64,000 nt of DNA from Octopus vulgaris (lineage: Eukaryota), in contig OX597818.1 of the NCBI GenBank assembly GCA_951406725.2, forward strand, positions 32,550,001 through 32,614,000, in the 5' to 3' direction. Below the pieces are notes generated by a model, which had not been told where the DNA came from, ran no database searches, and saw nothing but the letters and a program-made list of their open reading frames with translations. Below, one piece after another: positions 42,053-57,009 of this stretch (positions are counted from its first letter, which is position 1; the number at the start of each line of letters is the position of its first letter). Both the position numbers and the translations under genes were made by a program.

Positions 42053-43777
42053 GTAATTACTGATTCCCTTGATTACTCAATGTGAGACGACTTTTGTCCT
42101 TGGGTAGCAACTGTTATTTCCTATTTGCTTACCCCCTAGAAATTATGAAAAATGGCTAATATTTTCTTCAAACTTTGCTTTTTGTTGCATTTATTCAAAC
42201 CCCCAAAGAATCCCCCTTAACACATGTCTTAATGCTCCCCCACCACTACTTCTGCTCGTGATCAGAGATGCACATATCGTCAGCCACTAAGGGACATGCT
42301 CAAATGGTTATGGTCAAGCAACTGATAAACAAATCTGTGGTACTGAGCAGAATGTTTGTTTGCTATAGCGATCTGTCTCAAATGTAATAGAAAACAGGTT
42401 AGTTTCAAACATTGATTTTCCGGTCACAAAAGCAAAGTGTGAAGGATATATGTGAAGGGAATAGTAGTCATTGCCTTTGATATGTTGACAGAACCAAATA
42501 GAAAATAACACTTCTGACCAAAGGCAAAAAAAAAGGGGGGAAAAAACGAAAAATGTTACACAGTGTGATTTTAGCAATAGGAATGCATACTTTTGTTTCT
42601 TTCCTGAGTGAAACACATTGCCTTGAGAAACGAAATATGAACTCTGACTTCTCAACATAAAAAATAACCGTATCTGATGACATATAACATGTTTTTGTTT
42701 TGTTCTTTCCTCTTTTTTTCTACCCTTCAAATGTCACCAAAAATCACTTCGGGTCCTGTATGTGAAAGTTGACCCTCTCCATAAATTTTAATGCACGGAA
42801 AATTTTTTGTTATGGTTAAGCGCTGATGATGTTTTGGCTACATGTAATATGCACGTGTAATTTTTTTTTTCTTGTAGTATCAGCTACGGTAATACCTGAT
42901 CAATTGCTTTTGCTATATGTCACCCTCCATTAGTAATAATAAGAACAATGATGATGATGATCATCATCATCGTCATCTCTAACAAGGTTGCAAATTCAGT
43001 GGATGAACATAGAAGATATTAGCGATCCAAGAAGTTCTTGACAAACATACTTTATCCAGAGTGAAATGCAAAATTGCCCCAGCAGGTTTTGAACTCAGAA
43101 TATAAAGACATTTAGTTAAATACTGATTAGATTTCTTTTCCTGTGTTCTAACGATTCTACCAACCCATCACTCCTATATATTGTCTAACATTGGTATAAG
43201 AACTGTCTGTTTGGGGCGGGGGTGAATGCATAGTCAATTAACCCGGCTCTAGTACTTGGGTTTCTGAAATAGGTACTGAATCGGGAATTTAGGAAAGCCG
43301 ATTATATCGTTAATAAAAATCATAATGATGGTGCTGATAGGGATGATGATGATGACGATGATGATGACGACGACAACGGCGATGATGGCGGCGATGACGA
43401 CGACTATAAAGATGACGATTTCCATCATTGGCAACAAATGGTTAACAAATTTGTTGAACAAGGTTATTAATAAACTAATGATCGTTTGCATTATTAGTGA
43501 TAGTATGGAATGAAAATACACAGTTAGGTTAGTTCATTTGGTATTAGTACATCCTTAATGACGAAAAGAGAAGTCGATTCCATCCGCGACTTGAACACAA
43601 TTTCCGAACATACTGCTAATTGTTCACTAATCCGGTAATTTCTAAATCTACAGCCTGAATCGGTATCTGTCAAGATACTGCAGGTTGAGCTAATTAACAA
43701 GAGACCCGAGATATAGGCACATTGGGAATCCACGTCGCCATTTGTGTCACTTGAGACCATCTTTTAGAATGTAATGT

Positions 43778-44218
43778 GGATCTTTTCCTTTTGAACGGCA
43801 GATGTCAACACAATTTCTAGTTAACTAAACACTTTTAAACTTCGTATACTGGTAGAATGTGTTTATAAAACATCATTTTTTCTTGGCTTTATTGAGAAAA
43901 TTCTATATGTTGTAACATATTTCCACTTTAAAATCGAGCATTTCGGCAATTTTAACCAATCGCTCACCTCCATTTGGGGTGAAAAGATTCCGTGCTGTAT
44001 GAATATGTCCCTTGTTTAAGAAACAGATTGGGTTTATTTACATTTTCGAAGAAAAAAGATACCCTTCCCCCACCCCTAAACCTAACCCCACCCCTTTTAT
44101 TTTCTCGATAAAGCCAAGAAAAATGTTTTATAAACACATTCTACCAGTATACGAAGTTTAAAAGTGTTTAATTAACTAGAAATTGTGTTGACATCTGCCG
44201 TTCAAAAGGAAAAGATCC
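43778..44218. mobile_element. Unclassified MITE with ~120-bp TIRs
   Basis: GGATCTTTTCCTTTTGAACGGCAGATGTCAACAC... at 43778-43900 is mirrored at ~44100-44218. Confidence 0.88.
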
Positions 44219-45241
44219 TGAAAAACATGATCGTGGCGCGGGCACCTTTAATGAAAAAAGTCTGAACGAACGGATCAGATGCTGATTCATAGTGCTGGAA
44301 ATCTGCAACAACGAGAATAAATTGTGAAACATTTTGAAATATTGTAGCAAGCGCTGCCATAAAAAGACAATATTTTTATACTGTTGCGACTGAAACTGTT
44401 ACCATGGCTACAGGTGCTAATGCTGCTATCGCTTCTACTACCGTTGCTGCTGAGTCTGCAGTCGTCGACGGCGTTACTTTTACTAATGCTCTTTTCTTGT
44501 TTGGTTGTCTTTATATCATAATGCTAATATTTTCCAAGGAGAAATGAAGCTGAAAAAGAAATAGGGTTATTAAAAAGTCTTTAATTACTATGGCAAACGA
44601 TGCTTTCAAATCCTAAATGACAGCAATACCTTCTGATAGAAAGAACAGAGGTATGTAGTTACGCATACTAATAGAAATCGATCCACCGAATACGCCTCGA
44701 TAATTGCAATCACTTCTAGCAATGGTTCGGGTAAAACTTTCTCTCTCATGTCCTACACATGTCGATCACTTGCTGCTGACGCTATAGCTGCCTCTTCTAC
44801 TTCCGGCTTCCCTACATTAACGTCTTACTTATTTAATTAGGCGCTTGCTGTTGCCGCCGGCCGTTCTACGAATATCCAAATGACTTGTCTTATCTCTCCT
44901 ACCACCGGATGTAAGAGAAAAATCTGCCGATTAAAACGAATCACATTTTGATGACTGGCAATATCGTACGTTTATTCGACACTGCCGCTGTCTGTTTGAA
45001 GACGTTATTATTTTTAACTTTCAAATATCTCAAGGATAAAGTAAATTAAAATTTACTATAAAGTATTTTATAAATAGTTATGATTTGCATAAATGACAAG
45101 CAGAGGCTAGTATTTTTAAGGCAAAGAGTGATGGGAGGTGACAGATGTGAAACTAATGGCTGGATTTTAAGAAAAAATTGAACACCAATACGTTTGAAAT
45201 TATATGAAATATTTTGTTGAATATTCAAAAATATTTCTTAT

Positions 45242-45805
45242 ATCTTTATTGCCCACAAGGGGCTAAACACAGAGAAGACAGACAAAGGGATTAAGTCGAT
45301 TACATCAACCCCAGTGCGTAACTGGTACTTAATTTATCGACCCCGGGAGGATGAAAGGTAAAGACGACTTCGGCGGAATTTGAACTCCGAACGTAACGGC
45401 AGACGAAATACCTATTTCTATTTCTTTACTACCCACAAGGGGCTAAACACAGAGAGGACGAACAAAGACAGACAAACGGATTAAGTCGGTTATATCGACC
45501 CCAGTGCGTAACTGGTACTTATTTAATCGACCCAGAAAGGATGAAAGGCAAACGTAACAGTTGACGAAATACATATTTTTTTACTACCCACAAGGGGCTA
45601 AACACAGAGGGGACAAACAAGGACAGACATAGGTATTAAGTCGATTACATCGACCCCAGTGCGTAACTGGTACTTAATTTATCGACCACGAAAGGATGAA
45701 AGGTAAAGTCGAACTCGGCGGAATTTGAACTCACAACGTAACGCAGACGAAATACAGCTACACATTTCGCCCGGCGTGCTAACGTTTCTGCCAGCTCGCC
45801 GCCTT
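45242..45805 (-). mobile_element. SINE family B trimer (one head plus three tandem bodies)
   Basis: Three cccacaaggggctaaacacagag...gacgaaatac units, with a single head at ~45755-45805. Confidence 0.9.
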
Positions 45806-46267
45806 AAAATTTTCTAAATATATACAATCACGCATGTAGTTCTTGGTCTAATGCAGTGTATTCTTATCATTTTGAGCATTTTGAAATACAGCGTGTGATT
45901 CAGACTGTAAACTTCAAATGTACTCATAAACATTATTTATAAAAATAGCAGTTTCTTAATCATATCCACCTGAGTACTATGTAGGCATCTAATTAGTTTC
46001 TTTCATTAGTTGGACAAGGACTGATATTTTCATGGTTTTATATTTGTATCTTTAAATAGCATAATTTGTTTTAAATAATGTAGACAAAGAATTGATAATG
46101 ATGATTTTCCACCAATAAACAAATCAATTTCCCTAAAAATACATAATTTCGAAAGGTTGGTGGGGTGGAGGTTATCACAAAGTCCATGTACAGTTTCGTG
46201 TTCCCCAATCAGTGTGTAAGTATTTTGTTTTATGTAATATAATTTTATATTTTATTATTCATTTCAG

Positions 46268-46407
46268 TTCCACCAATCATCACCAAAGTTCCCCAGCCAC
46301 GCACAGTTAGCGAAGACATGAGTGTTAGCTTCTCATGCAAAGTAATTGCAACTCCGTACCCAGTGACCACAATATTTTGGACGCGAAATGATGTCCCTAT
46401 CGATCCG
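46268..46407 (+). CDS. PTK7: PTK7-like exon, N-terminal half of ~Ig5: (V)PPIITKVPQPRTVSEDMSVSFSCKVIATPYPVTTIFWTRNDVPIDP
   Basis: tttcag acceptor and gtaagt donor. I-set pattern PP.I...P....V......F.C.....P.....W..N. 140 nt, phase 1 to 0. Confidence 0.92.
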
Positions 46408-46684
46408 GTAAGTTTGTACCCACCGTTCTCTTCTATATTAAGCTATAGGTTGAGGGAACAATAAGGAAAGAAAATAAAATTCTGTGTAAAAGCCACAGGC
46501 TCACCTTTAGGAAATGGGAGCAATCAATTCATTTATCTACTTCAGAGGGATGGATAGATTTGGACTCTAGAAGGTACACAAAATATCCCAAAAGTTTTAA
46601 GTAATATTTCAGTATTTTCTAACAAGTTCATAGGTTTTAGAAAGGGAGTATAATCGATTGCTTTGACACCATTACGTGACTAGT

Positions 46685-46922
46685 ATTTTTTTATCTTTAC
46701 TACCCACAAAGGGCTAAACACAGAGGGGGCAAACAAGGACAGACACACAGATCAAGTCGATTACATCGACCCCAGTGCGTAACTGGTACTTAATTTATCG
46801 ACCCCGAAAGGATGAAAGGCAAAGTCGACCTCGGCGGAATTTGAACTCAGAACGTAACGGTAGACGAGATACGGCTACCCATTTCGCCCGGCGTGCTAAC
46901 GATTCTGCCAGCTCGCCGCCTT
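46685..46922 (-). mobile_element. SINE family B, full length
   Basis: 13-bp TSD TTACGTGACTAGT at 46672-84 and 46923-35. Confidence 0.9.
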
Positions 46923-47034
46923 TTACGTGACTAGTGTTTATTATATCAACGCAACAACGATGAAAGATAACTAACCCCTGCAAACCATTGTTTTTGCCGC
47001 GTTACCGATGGTTATATCCATTTTCCTGACAATT

Positions 47035-47215
47035 GTTTCTGATTTGGGGACAAAGCCAACCATGTTGAGAGGTAGGATTAGTTCTTACCGTCGACACCAG
47101 TACTTGACTAGTACTTTATTTCATCGACCCTAGAGGAATGAAAGGGAAAATTGATCTCTGGAATTTAAACTCAGAAAGTAAATATCTGGAAGCACTGACG
47201 ATTCTGCCAGCTCGA
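47035..47215 (-). mobile_element. SINE family B (diverged)
   Basis: Homology to family B. Confidence 0.65.
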
Positions 47216-47579
47216 AGTGCCGCCACTTGGCTTGAAATATTGGCGGACGAGTGAGTCAATTACATAGTTTTACTAATTGGCATATACTTTATTTTACCGA
47301 CCTTGAAAAGATGTAAGACAAATTACTGGAACAAATACCTTGAGGTATTTTTCTGACAATTCTTTAAACGCTAAATATAGACTTTAGGATACTTAAGATA
47401 CAGCCAGGTAAGAAATGCATATATGGAGGCCTACGAACGAGCATCGATGTGTCACTTGGTATGTTAGAAATTAAAGCCAACAGTCCCACAAATCACTCCA
47501 GTCCGTCTTAAATTTGATGTGCTAGTTATGGCTGGGAAGGAGTTAACCATAGTTTTCTTGATTGACATATGGCTAAATA

Positions 47580-47623
<44 letters not shown>

Positions 47624-47654
47624 ACACACATACACACACACATATATACATATT

Positions 47655-47885
47655 CTTTTATTGTTTTTATTTTTTTACTTGTTTCAGTCATTTGACTGCG
47701 GCCATGCTGGAGCACCGCCTGTAGTCGGACAAATCAACCCCAGAACTTATTCTTTGCAAGCGTAGCACTTATTCTATCGGTCTCTTTTGCCGAACCGCTA
47801 AGTTTCGGGGACGTAAACACACTAACATTGGTCGTCAAGCGATAGCCGGAAGGGGCATAGACACACAAATGCACACAAACATATA
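47655..47885 (-). mobile_element. SINE family A, 3' half
   Basis: Reverse complement of the family A tail. Confidence 0.85.
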
Positions 47886-47984
47886 CACACGCACGCGCAC
47901 ACACACACACACACACACATATATGTATATATATGTATATATATATATATATACGTATATGTATGTATATATATATACGCATGC

Positions 47985-48040
<56 letters not shown>

Positions 48041-49449
48041 ATACGCACACGTATAAAGCAGTTTCTAAAATTTCAAAGAAATCACCCGGCTTTTTTTATC
48101 TTATTGTACCGACGCGCGAATACAAGGAGGAAAAAATCCTCGATTTACATGAAATTATTTTAAATTAATTCCCTAAGAAAACAGAACCTATCGGGTAATA
48201 GTCTCAATTTCAAATCAATTATGTCAAAGAGAGTTCGTGTTGTAACTTAATTTGTACATATCTCGATTTCTGTTTATCGTGTGAACCACAACGAAATGTA
48301 AAATGTAAATTTCTGTCTTAGACGCGATTAAATATCGCACGTTCAACCTCTTCTATTCCAAATATATATTTAAACAGCTTGCTTCGTGAAACATGAATAT
48401 CTTTATACCTAGTACATTCAGTTCAAGATTGCATACCATGTGATATAACACATTCCGTATTACGCCTAAATTAGATATGGCTGTTATTTAAGAATCGTTT
48501 TTAAATTAAATTTTATTATGTATTGTAAGCTTTTTGTTCTTGTTCCATGGGAATGGTTTCATGGTTTTGCTGCTGTTGTTGTTTTCCTTGTTCTTTATCC
48601 TATTTAATGTGGGATTTTTTTATGTTTAATGTTTTTTTAACGTTTTTTTTTTTTTTGTGTGTTTTTATGTGGTCCTCTCTTTGCGGGAATGCAGCTTAAT
48701 CAAAGTTCTCCGTTTCTGTCAATAAGTCCAAGTTTGCATAATAAGGGATCAGTTTTATTTTCTGCGTCGAAAAATACATTTCCTCTCCTAAATATGCCTG
48801 GTTACACATCTGGCCCTTATATAGTCAGTGGTATTTAGGTCGAAATAATAGTACCATAATAACAGATGATGACGAATGACGATGATAATGATAATGATGG
48901 TGATGGATGATGATGATGACGACGATGATGATAATGGTGGTGGCGGCGGTGGCGGTGGTGGTGGTAATAATTGCGCTAAGGATGACAGTGATGAGGGCTG
49001 ATGGAGTTGTTATTCTTGGCAGTCGTAATAGCCGTGACAGTTAAGATGATGCGATAAGTTTTGGGACGGCCAGAAACGAAGAGAACTGAATTCTTTATCG
49101 GTTATTCGGTTTAGTGCCTTGCTATTTTGAGTTCGACTCCTGCTGGGGACTTAGTTTGTCTTTCTGAGTCAGTTAAATGGTGACTAGACACCGCTTTTAT
49201 CGCAGTCAATAAAATTACTAGTAAGCACCAATTACCAGGGTTTTTCAATAGATTTCTATCGAACCTGATATTATGTTTGGTATTTATTTTATCGACATTT
49301 TAAAAATAGAGATCAGGGGGCACTGAAAGATAACGTCGACGGAATATAAATGTCACGGACTACGCATTTTAGGTGAAGGGGTGCAATGAGATTATATCCC
49401 ATTCCTGGATTGGAATTGATTTCATGTAATTTCAACATAAATAAATAGA

Positions 49450-49504
<55 letters not shown>

Positions 49505-49545
49505 TAATAATAATAATAATAATGATAATAATAATAATAATCATA

Positions 49546-49710
49546 ATCCTTTCTACTATCGGCGCAAGGGCTCAAATTTTGGGGCAGGTGGGGTTAGTCG
49601 TTTACATTGACCCAGTGAGTAACTGGTACTTATTTCATTGATCCCGGAAGGATGAAAGGCAAAGTCGACCTCGGCGGAGTTTGAACTCAGATCGTAAAGA
49701 CAGACGAATA
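49546..49710 (-). mobile_element. SINE family B, partial, next to an (AAT)n tract
   Basis: Homology to family B. The (AAT)n tract at 49453-49545 lies on the tail side. Confidence 0.8.
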
Positions 49711-50836
49711 ATAAAAATAATAAAAATGTAGTTCACCATTCTCATTCTTAATTCACCATTCTTATACTTATTAGGCTTTGCTAATGAAAAAAGAAAACCC
49801 AGAAAATTCTTTTAATATATGGTTCAATAAATATGCGGTTCAATAAAAATGCCTAGTTTTTCTGCTACCTATCTGCAAAGCACATATTTCTCCATCAGAA
49901 CTGCCCTAAGAAACTACACGACAATAACAATAACAATAACAACTATAATTGTTGTTCTTGTTAAGGTTGAGTCGAGAATAGAATCTGCAACTGACAATAT
50001 GAAACAAATACATTCCTTGCTTGATATTTGCAAGTTTTACTGATCCCCCCTCACAACCCCCCGTTTTCATTATACTTTCATTATACTTTTATAACGTGCT
50101 GAGAACTTTCGCACATATCATGGAACCTGATCTTAGATAGCTTTACGCTATCTATATAACTTCATCTTTTTAAACTAGACCCCTTACAGATTAAGTTTAA
50201 TATTCATCAAGATCGCAGTTCAATGACTGAAAATAGTTCTCTCTCTCCCGCCTTTTCTCTCCTTCTCTCTCTCTCTCACTCACTCACTCATACACACACT
50301 CTCACACACACGCACTCCAGAGATAATGTAGGATATCCGAATCGGAAATAAAATACGGAATTGTGACACATTCATATTCGATGGTTATTCATCAGTGACG
50401 AATCTGTTACAACCAGAAATCACACACTGAGTCACACATAGATTCAAAATCAAACTCTCTCTCTATCTCTCTATGCATTCATTTACACTTTATTTGTCTT
50501 TTGACATTGAAATATACTTCAGTAGTCGATACCAGAAAGATATGGGTCCAATGTTATATACCTCTAGTTTTAAATAAATATCTGAGTAATGAAACAATAA
50601 CACGAAATACATATTGCACACATGACCACTCGATCGACTAGAAATAACAGTAAAATTTCACTCGAACCACACTCATTCGTCTTAAATATGGATGGAGGTA
50701 TGTCAAATTAAAATCTAATTCTGGGATACAGGCATGAAAAAAAGTATTATCATGGTTCAGTCACTTTGTCAGCCCAGTCAGGACAGATCTCGCTAAGACT
50801 AAAACAACAGCAACATCAATAACAACCAACAAGAGG

Positions 50837-50914
<78 letters not shown>

Positions 50915-51211
50915 TAAAAGTTAAAAAAAACACAAACTGGGACAAGAACGTGAAACATTTTGAAGACGGCAAAAAAACACACAGACGGGACTTTCGAAGC
51001 TCTCAGTCATCAGTCAAGAACCAGATCATCTTCGCAATTTCGGCTGTATACACATACAAAATGGGACAAGAACGCAAAACATCCGGACAGTTAGGTGATA
51101 AAAAAATGGGACATCAAAACATCCAGATGGACGATACAAAGAAAAAACAAGGACGGGTCATTCGAAGTTTTCTTTCCTCAGTCAAGTACCAGATTATCTT
51201 CGCAATTTCGG

Positions 51212-51305
<94 letters not shown>

Positions 51306-51421
51306 CCTTCTTCATCTTCCTTTGTGGTACCTCTTCTACTTTACTAAAGGCACTCTAAATCTTTTGTAATACTGTTGTATTACGATAACATCGGCCTAAG
51401 TGTATTTCTCATACTATCCAT

Positions 51422-51474
<53 letters not shown>

Positions 51475-52469
51475 CGGCGAAAGCGAACGAGCATTCGCAC
51501 ACAATTAAACATAATTTTGAAGAAAGTGTGAAATATAAAATACAGAAAAAAAAAATCAACAAATAAACGATAAAATAAGAGAAGAAAACTGACAAAACAG
51601 TGTATAAAAATACAAACAAAAACAGGCACAAAAGTAGTAACCAATAACGATAACAAGTGTCTGAACGTGTGAAAATGTGCGCGTGTATGTACGTTGTAAG
51701 ACTGGTGGGAAGGGAGAAGGTATTACAATAAAGAGATAACTGTAGCTTTTATTGAAGTCTCCACACACACACGCTCCTCTATAAGCCTCATAGAAATAAT
51801 TAAGCTGTACAATGACTACAAAATAAGCATCATAAAACTGTCAAGAAAGGGAAGCGAGATGCTGTTAAATCCTTTTAAAGATCTCTTACTCATTTCTCTC
51901 TGTGGATCGGTCCGTTAGGTCTTTCATTAGAAAGGTTTGGTTGGCTGGCTGGTTGGTTGGTTGGTTGGTTGGTTGGTTGGTTGGTTGGTTGGGTGGTAGG
52001 AGTGACGAAGAAAATGAAAGGCAGATAATATCTTCTTGCTCTCACACATGAAATGTATTATTTGTAATGCCTACCAAGTTTTTATTGTGTAATTTTTCAT
52101 TTTGTTCGTCGTGTGGTGTGAATGCGTGTACATACATGTGTGTAGCTACAAACACACACATATTTCCCTCCATATATACACGTCTTATGCATGTATGTAT
52201 GTATGTATATATGAACGTAGGTATGTATGTATGTATATATGTATGTAGGCAGGTAGGTAGGCTTAGGGTATGTATGTATGCATGTATGTATATACGTATG
52301 TGTGTATGTATGTATGTAGGCTTGTGTAGATTTCTGTATGTATACATGTATGCAGCCTTGTGTACATGTAGGCGTGTATATCCTTACATACATACACATT
52401 AAATGCACACTCAAATATATATAGCATAAATTAATGCAAATATACAAATTTATTTCGAGTACATGCGTA

Positions 52470-52521
<52 letters not shown>

Positions 52522-52882
52522 TATGTATGCGTATATGTATGTGTGTGAGTGCGCGTATTTATATGTCTGTGTCTATCTGATTTATCGAATGTATACATTA
52601 TTCCCTACCAAATATACATTTTTCATCCTCAAATTATACACATGCCTGTTTACATACGTACATTCATATATATATATATATATACATATATACATGCGCA
52701 ACTATGTACGGACGCGTTAGAATGGTGCATGTTGGTATATTTCTCATGACTGAACATTGCGGCTGTTTCAGTGCGTTCACCTAATTCCACGCTTGAGTTA
52801 GTTAAAGTGATAGGAACACAAATTATGGCGTCAGCTGTGATATAAAGGACAGAATTGTATCGCATGGTCGCTGTAGTTAGGA

Positions 52883-52925
<43 letters not shown>

Positions 52926-55900
52926 GTTTTATGTGAACAGTAAACAGTTTCATGAATTCATCTTTACTGATGTAAGTAATTCTCAGAACGCTTTGTTTTT
53001 GTTTTTTTTTTAAACATTTGATATGTTGGAAAGTGTTAATTCAATTTTCGTATTTATGCATTTTAATTTTGTTTACTGGGTCGCCCCTGCTGGTTCTAGT
53101 TCCTGGTCGATTCTGATCAGGTATACCTATAACCAAAGTTATTTTAAACAGTTGAGTATAAGTTAAGGGAAATTCAGCTAATGTTGCCTCATATTGTTTG
53201 TGGTTGTTTGCAAAATTTCGTCTTTGCTGCATGAGATTTTCCCCATGTGAGAATTAGAGTCCAACGCTGCATGTCGACCAGGCACAAATTATGGTGTTTA
53301 TACCGCCATCAGCAATGAAATTAAACTCCGTTTGAATCTGCAACGGAGTCTGTACAGTGTCACTCGATCTACTAAAATTAACGACCAAATCTCTCGAATT
53401 ATATTCTACATGTTATATGGAAAATAGTAAAGGCACTTTGAATAACATAATTACAGATTTATTAAATCACAGAATAGTTATGAATGGAAGGCTTTAGATC
53501 ATCTGTGTACTCGATTAGGGATAACATTTCACTACACAAGAATGACACCAATCTATTTTTTGTACTGATGTTATTTGTTGTAATGAACAGTTTGAATTGT
53601 TTTGCACTCCTAGCTTATATTACTGAAGTTATATTTAACTTATTGTTTCATTGTTGCCGATGTGGCGGTTTTATTGCATCTGTTGCTGTTGTTGCATAAT
53701 GTAAATTATCTTGTCATCTGCCTGAAGGTTATACATGCAAATCGTTGAACTGAAAAGATATAATTAAATGCTGCAAATGGTTTCCAGCTTAAGACTCTAT
53801 TGTCAAACAATTTAGCAAAGTCTTTAAAGTATCCATAGAAGTCGAAAAATTCAAATAGGTATTTTTAAAAAGAAAAAATAATAAGACGTTTCAACGGAGC
53901 AAACTGGCAAATTTAAACAAATGATGACTGTGGACTCCGAGGATGGGTCACAGTTCGAGGATGGGTTACAGTTCAAGACTGACAATTTTATTTTCTGTAT
54001 ATACTAGGATAGATAAAATTAAAACAATGGGGAACGACGGGAATGTGAAGTGAATATTTTGACCGTGTCAAACATATGTTGCACAACACGTAGGAAGGAA
54101 TCACTAACGTCAGCCAGTAAAATCGCACAATTTCCATTATCTAACAGACGAGACACCAATGTATCACAATAAGCAACTAAACTTTACAACGAAAGCATAG
54201 TTGATGTAGTAAAACTGTACAACTCTACATCCTTCCCAAATGCTGCACACTTGTCAGGAACACTATGGTATACTTAACGGTGCCGAGGAACTGGCAATAA
54301 ACTGTTGAAACCATGATGATGATGATGTATCATTTTGTAAATTTTGTCACAAAATTTATGAATGGATGATATTACAAAGGAAAATTGCATAAACAGTTGG
54401 GTAGATGTAGAGAAAACTATTTGAACATATAAAAGCTACAGAAATGCTATATCCCAGCGCCTTCAGAAATCCCTAGGGGCTCTTCATCACTTTAGCGAAT
54501 GCCTTCTTCCAACCAAAATTATATTCAGATCGATGCTATCCAGCTACACAGGACTCCATATTCTCACGCATCTTTTATCAAAGTCGTGGAAAAATAATTC
54601 TTCATTTTTTGCCTCTGTTCTCCTGTTCTAGTGGGTGTGCATATGAATAGTTCAGTGAAAGATTGGTTGAGCTGAAGAGGGAAGCGTCTGTCTTGATTCC
54701 GTGCTATCTTGTTTATCACACGACATTTCTGCCACAAATATCAAACTGAAAACTGCGGGCCCTTCTGTTTAATGAAAATCGGCGACCGGTCTTTACGGTA
54801 GAGTCGGCTGACAGATACATTTTGTCAAGTATTCGATAAAAAATGTTAGATATAAGTAATATGTCAGCAATGTTTGAACACAAATGAGTGCATGCAGAAC
54901 GGTTGTCGTCCACCATCGGTTTTATTCCTGGTCATTCCTGATCAAGTATACATATAACTAAAGTCCTACCACAACTATGTTGGCAGAGAACGAAGCCGTA
55001 TTTGTGAAAAGCTCTCACGAACTCGGAAAGCCTTTGTAGCAATACCAGGCTAAGAACTTTTGAAATTTACCCGGAATCCCTGATCTCAGCCTTCCAGAAA
55101 AAAAAATATTCGGGTAGCTCACGTTGACGCCCAGAAATTTTGTCAGATCATTATCACTTATACTCTCAAATAAACTTCTTTAGGACCCTAGCGTAGACGT
55201 TTCACTGACTGCACCACCTTGTCTGAAGAGTGCAGCGAGCACTTGCCAATATTGCAGTATTACGTGCTTTAACTCATTCTGAGTTTGGCCCACAACTGTA
55301 ACTTAATCGAAGCTGTAGAAAGATGTGTCGCACAAACGGAGGAACATATCAATTAACTGTCAGCGTAACCAAATAATAACTATAGACGGCGCCGTCTCAG
55401 TGCATGAATGCGAATCATTTGCCACAAGATATCGAAACCCTTCTTGACTAGGGTTTGAGAGAGTTGCCGAAAAGTGAATGAGGGCAGCAAGTATGACCAT
55501 GATGAATTGGTATACTCTAAGTTTCAAGCTAGAGAACTCAAGAGAGTGATGAGATTTAACTTTTGAAGCAAGAATAACCCCGGACTCTGCAGAGTTCCAT
55601 GATTGATCCTATGTATGATTTTCACCTGTTTGGAAATTTCATTATGAAAATTTCTATAAAGTCTTTCTTTCCCTCATGTGTAATTTCACAGAGTGAATCC
55701 AATGTAAGCCCTTATCATTTTCTAAGTATTCCTTCTAATATTTTTTCTTGCTTGTCACCATTGTGGAAAATAGAAAAGTAGTAGTAGTAGTAGTAGTAGT
55801 AGTATCCAGCAAGAACTGCAACAAAAGTAACCACAACTAAAACCGCATAAGTAGCCCAGTTTCTTGAATGGGAGTGTAAAAGAAGACCAATTATCTCCCC

Positions 55901-56159
55901 CCAGTTATGTAAACAGCGTTTTATCTTCTCCTCTTTAGAAACTATTATTTCTTCTGCTGTTAGTCAAAACAGGCGAGACGGCGCCAACAATAGGCTGGAA
56001 ACATTTCCACATAGATTGGGTCGGCCTTTTACAAAGACCCTTATTTCAACTGGGCTTTTATCAGGTAAACTTAGATGTCATCTCTGCTTCATTGAATATT
56101 CTCCACCTCTTGTGTCCAGGGACTCTTTGTATTTAGTCTCCAAATAAATACAGAAAAAG

Positions 56160-56190
<31 letters not shown>

Positions 56191-56675
56191 TATGTAATGG
56201 TTCTAAATATACATCGCCATCTGTGTGTATCCGGTGGTGATAGCGGTAGTAGTCGTGATCGTAGCAGCAGTGGAAGTAAAAAACCAACATCGTCAGTAGC
56301 AGAAAGTAACAAGAAATGAAAATAGCAATTTGTTAATATTTAAGCGTATATGTTAATATTCGTGTCCGAATATATACGCTTGGATATGCGTGTGTGTATA
56401 CCTATACACTACTGTTGATTACATCCCCACCTCTCTTTCTCTCTCTCTCACATACAAACATACTCACCCACATGCGTGTAACAAAGTTTTTCGAAGAAAT
56501 TCTTGACTCCGAAGAAAGATTTTTAAAAATTATAAAATATTAATCGTATGAAGTAATTTTTAAAAAAATTATGACAAACCTTATTGAAGGAAGATTTTTA
56601 TTTGTGTTAAGTGCTTAACAACACAAAACTTTCTTTCATAAGGTTTGTGTCTTTCTGTTCATTTTTACTACATAC

Positions 56676-56995
56676 CACAACCATATGGTTCCGAGTTCAA
56701 TCCCACTACGTCGCACATTGAGAAAGTGTCTTCCACTATAGTCACGGGCTGACCAAAGCCTTGTGTGAGGATTTGATAGACGGAAACTGAAAGAAGCTTG
56801 TCGTGTGTGTGTATTTGTCTCACCATCACCGCTTGACAACTGGTGTTGGTGTCTTTACGTCCTCTTAACAGTTCAGCAAAAGAGACTGAGAGAGAATATG
56901 TAATAGGCTTTAAAGAATAAATCCTGGAGTCGATTTATTCGACTAAAACTGTTCACGGGCCGCAGTCAAATGACTGAAACAAGTAAAAGAATAAA
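56676..56995 (+). mobile_element. SINE family A (diverged)
   Basis: Homology to 17870-18285. Confidence 0.8.
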
Positions 56996-57009
56996 AAATG
57001 TATATATAT

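Noticed and set aside
45242-45805. CRISPR-like repeat array
   Set aside because: These are tandem SINE bodies without unique spacers, in a eukaryotic context with no cas genes.
50984-51017. CTGATGA...GAAAGTC on the minus strand (and CTGAGGA...GAAT at ~51180) as a hammerhead
   Set aside because: Stems I and II do not pair convincingly.
54000-55560. More complex, GC-richer stretch as a nested gene or LINE
   Set aside because: No sustained ORF, recognisable motif or splice pattern was found by eye. It is probably decayed transposon sequence.
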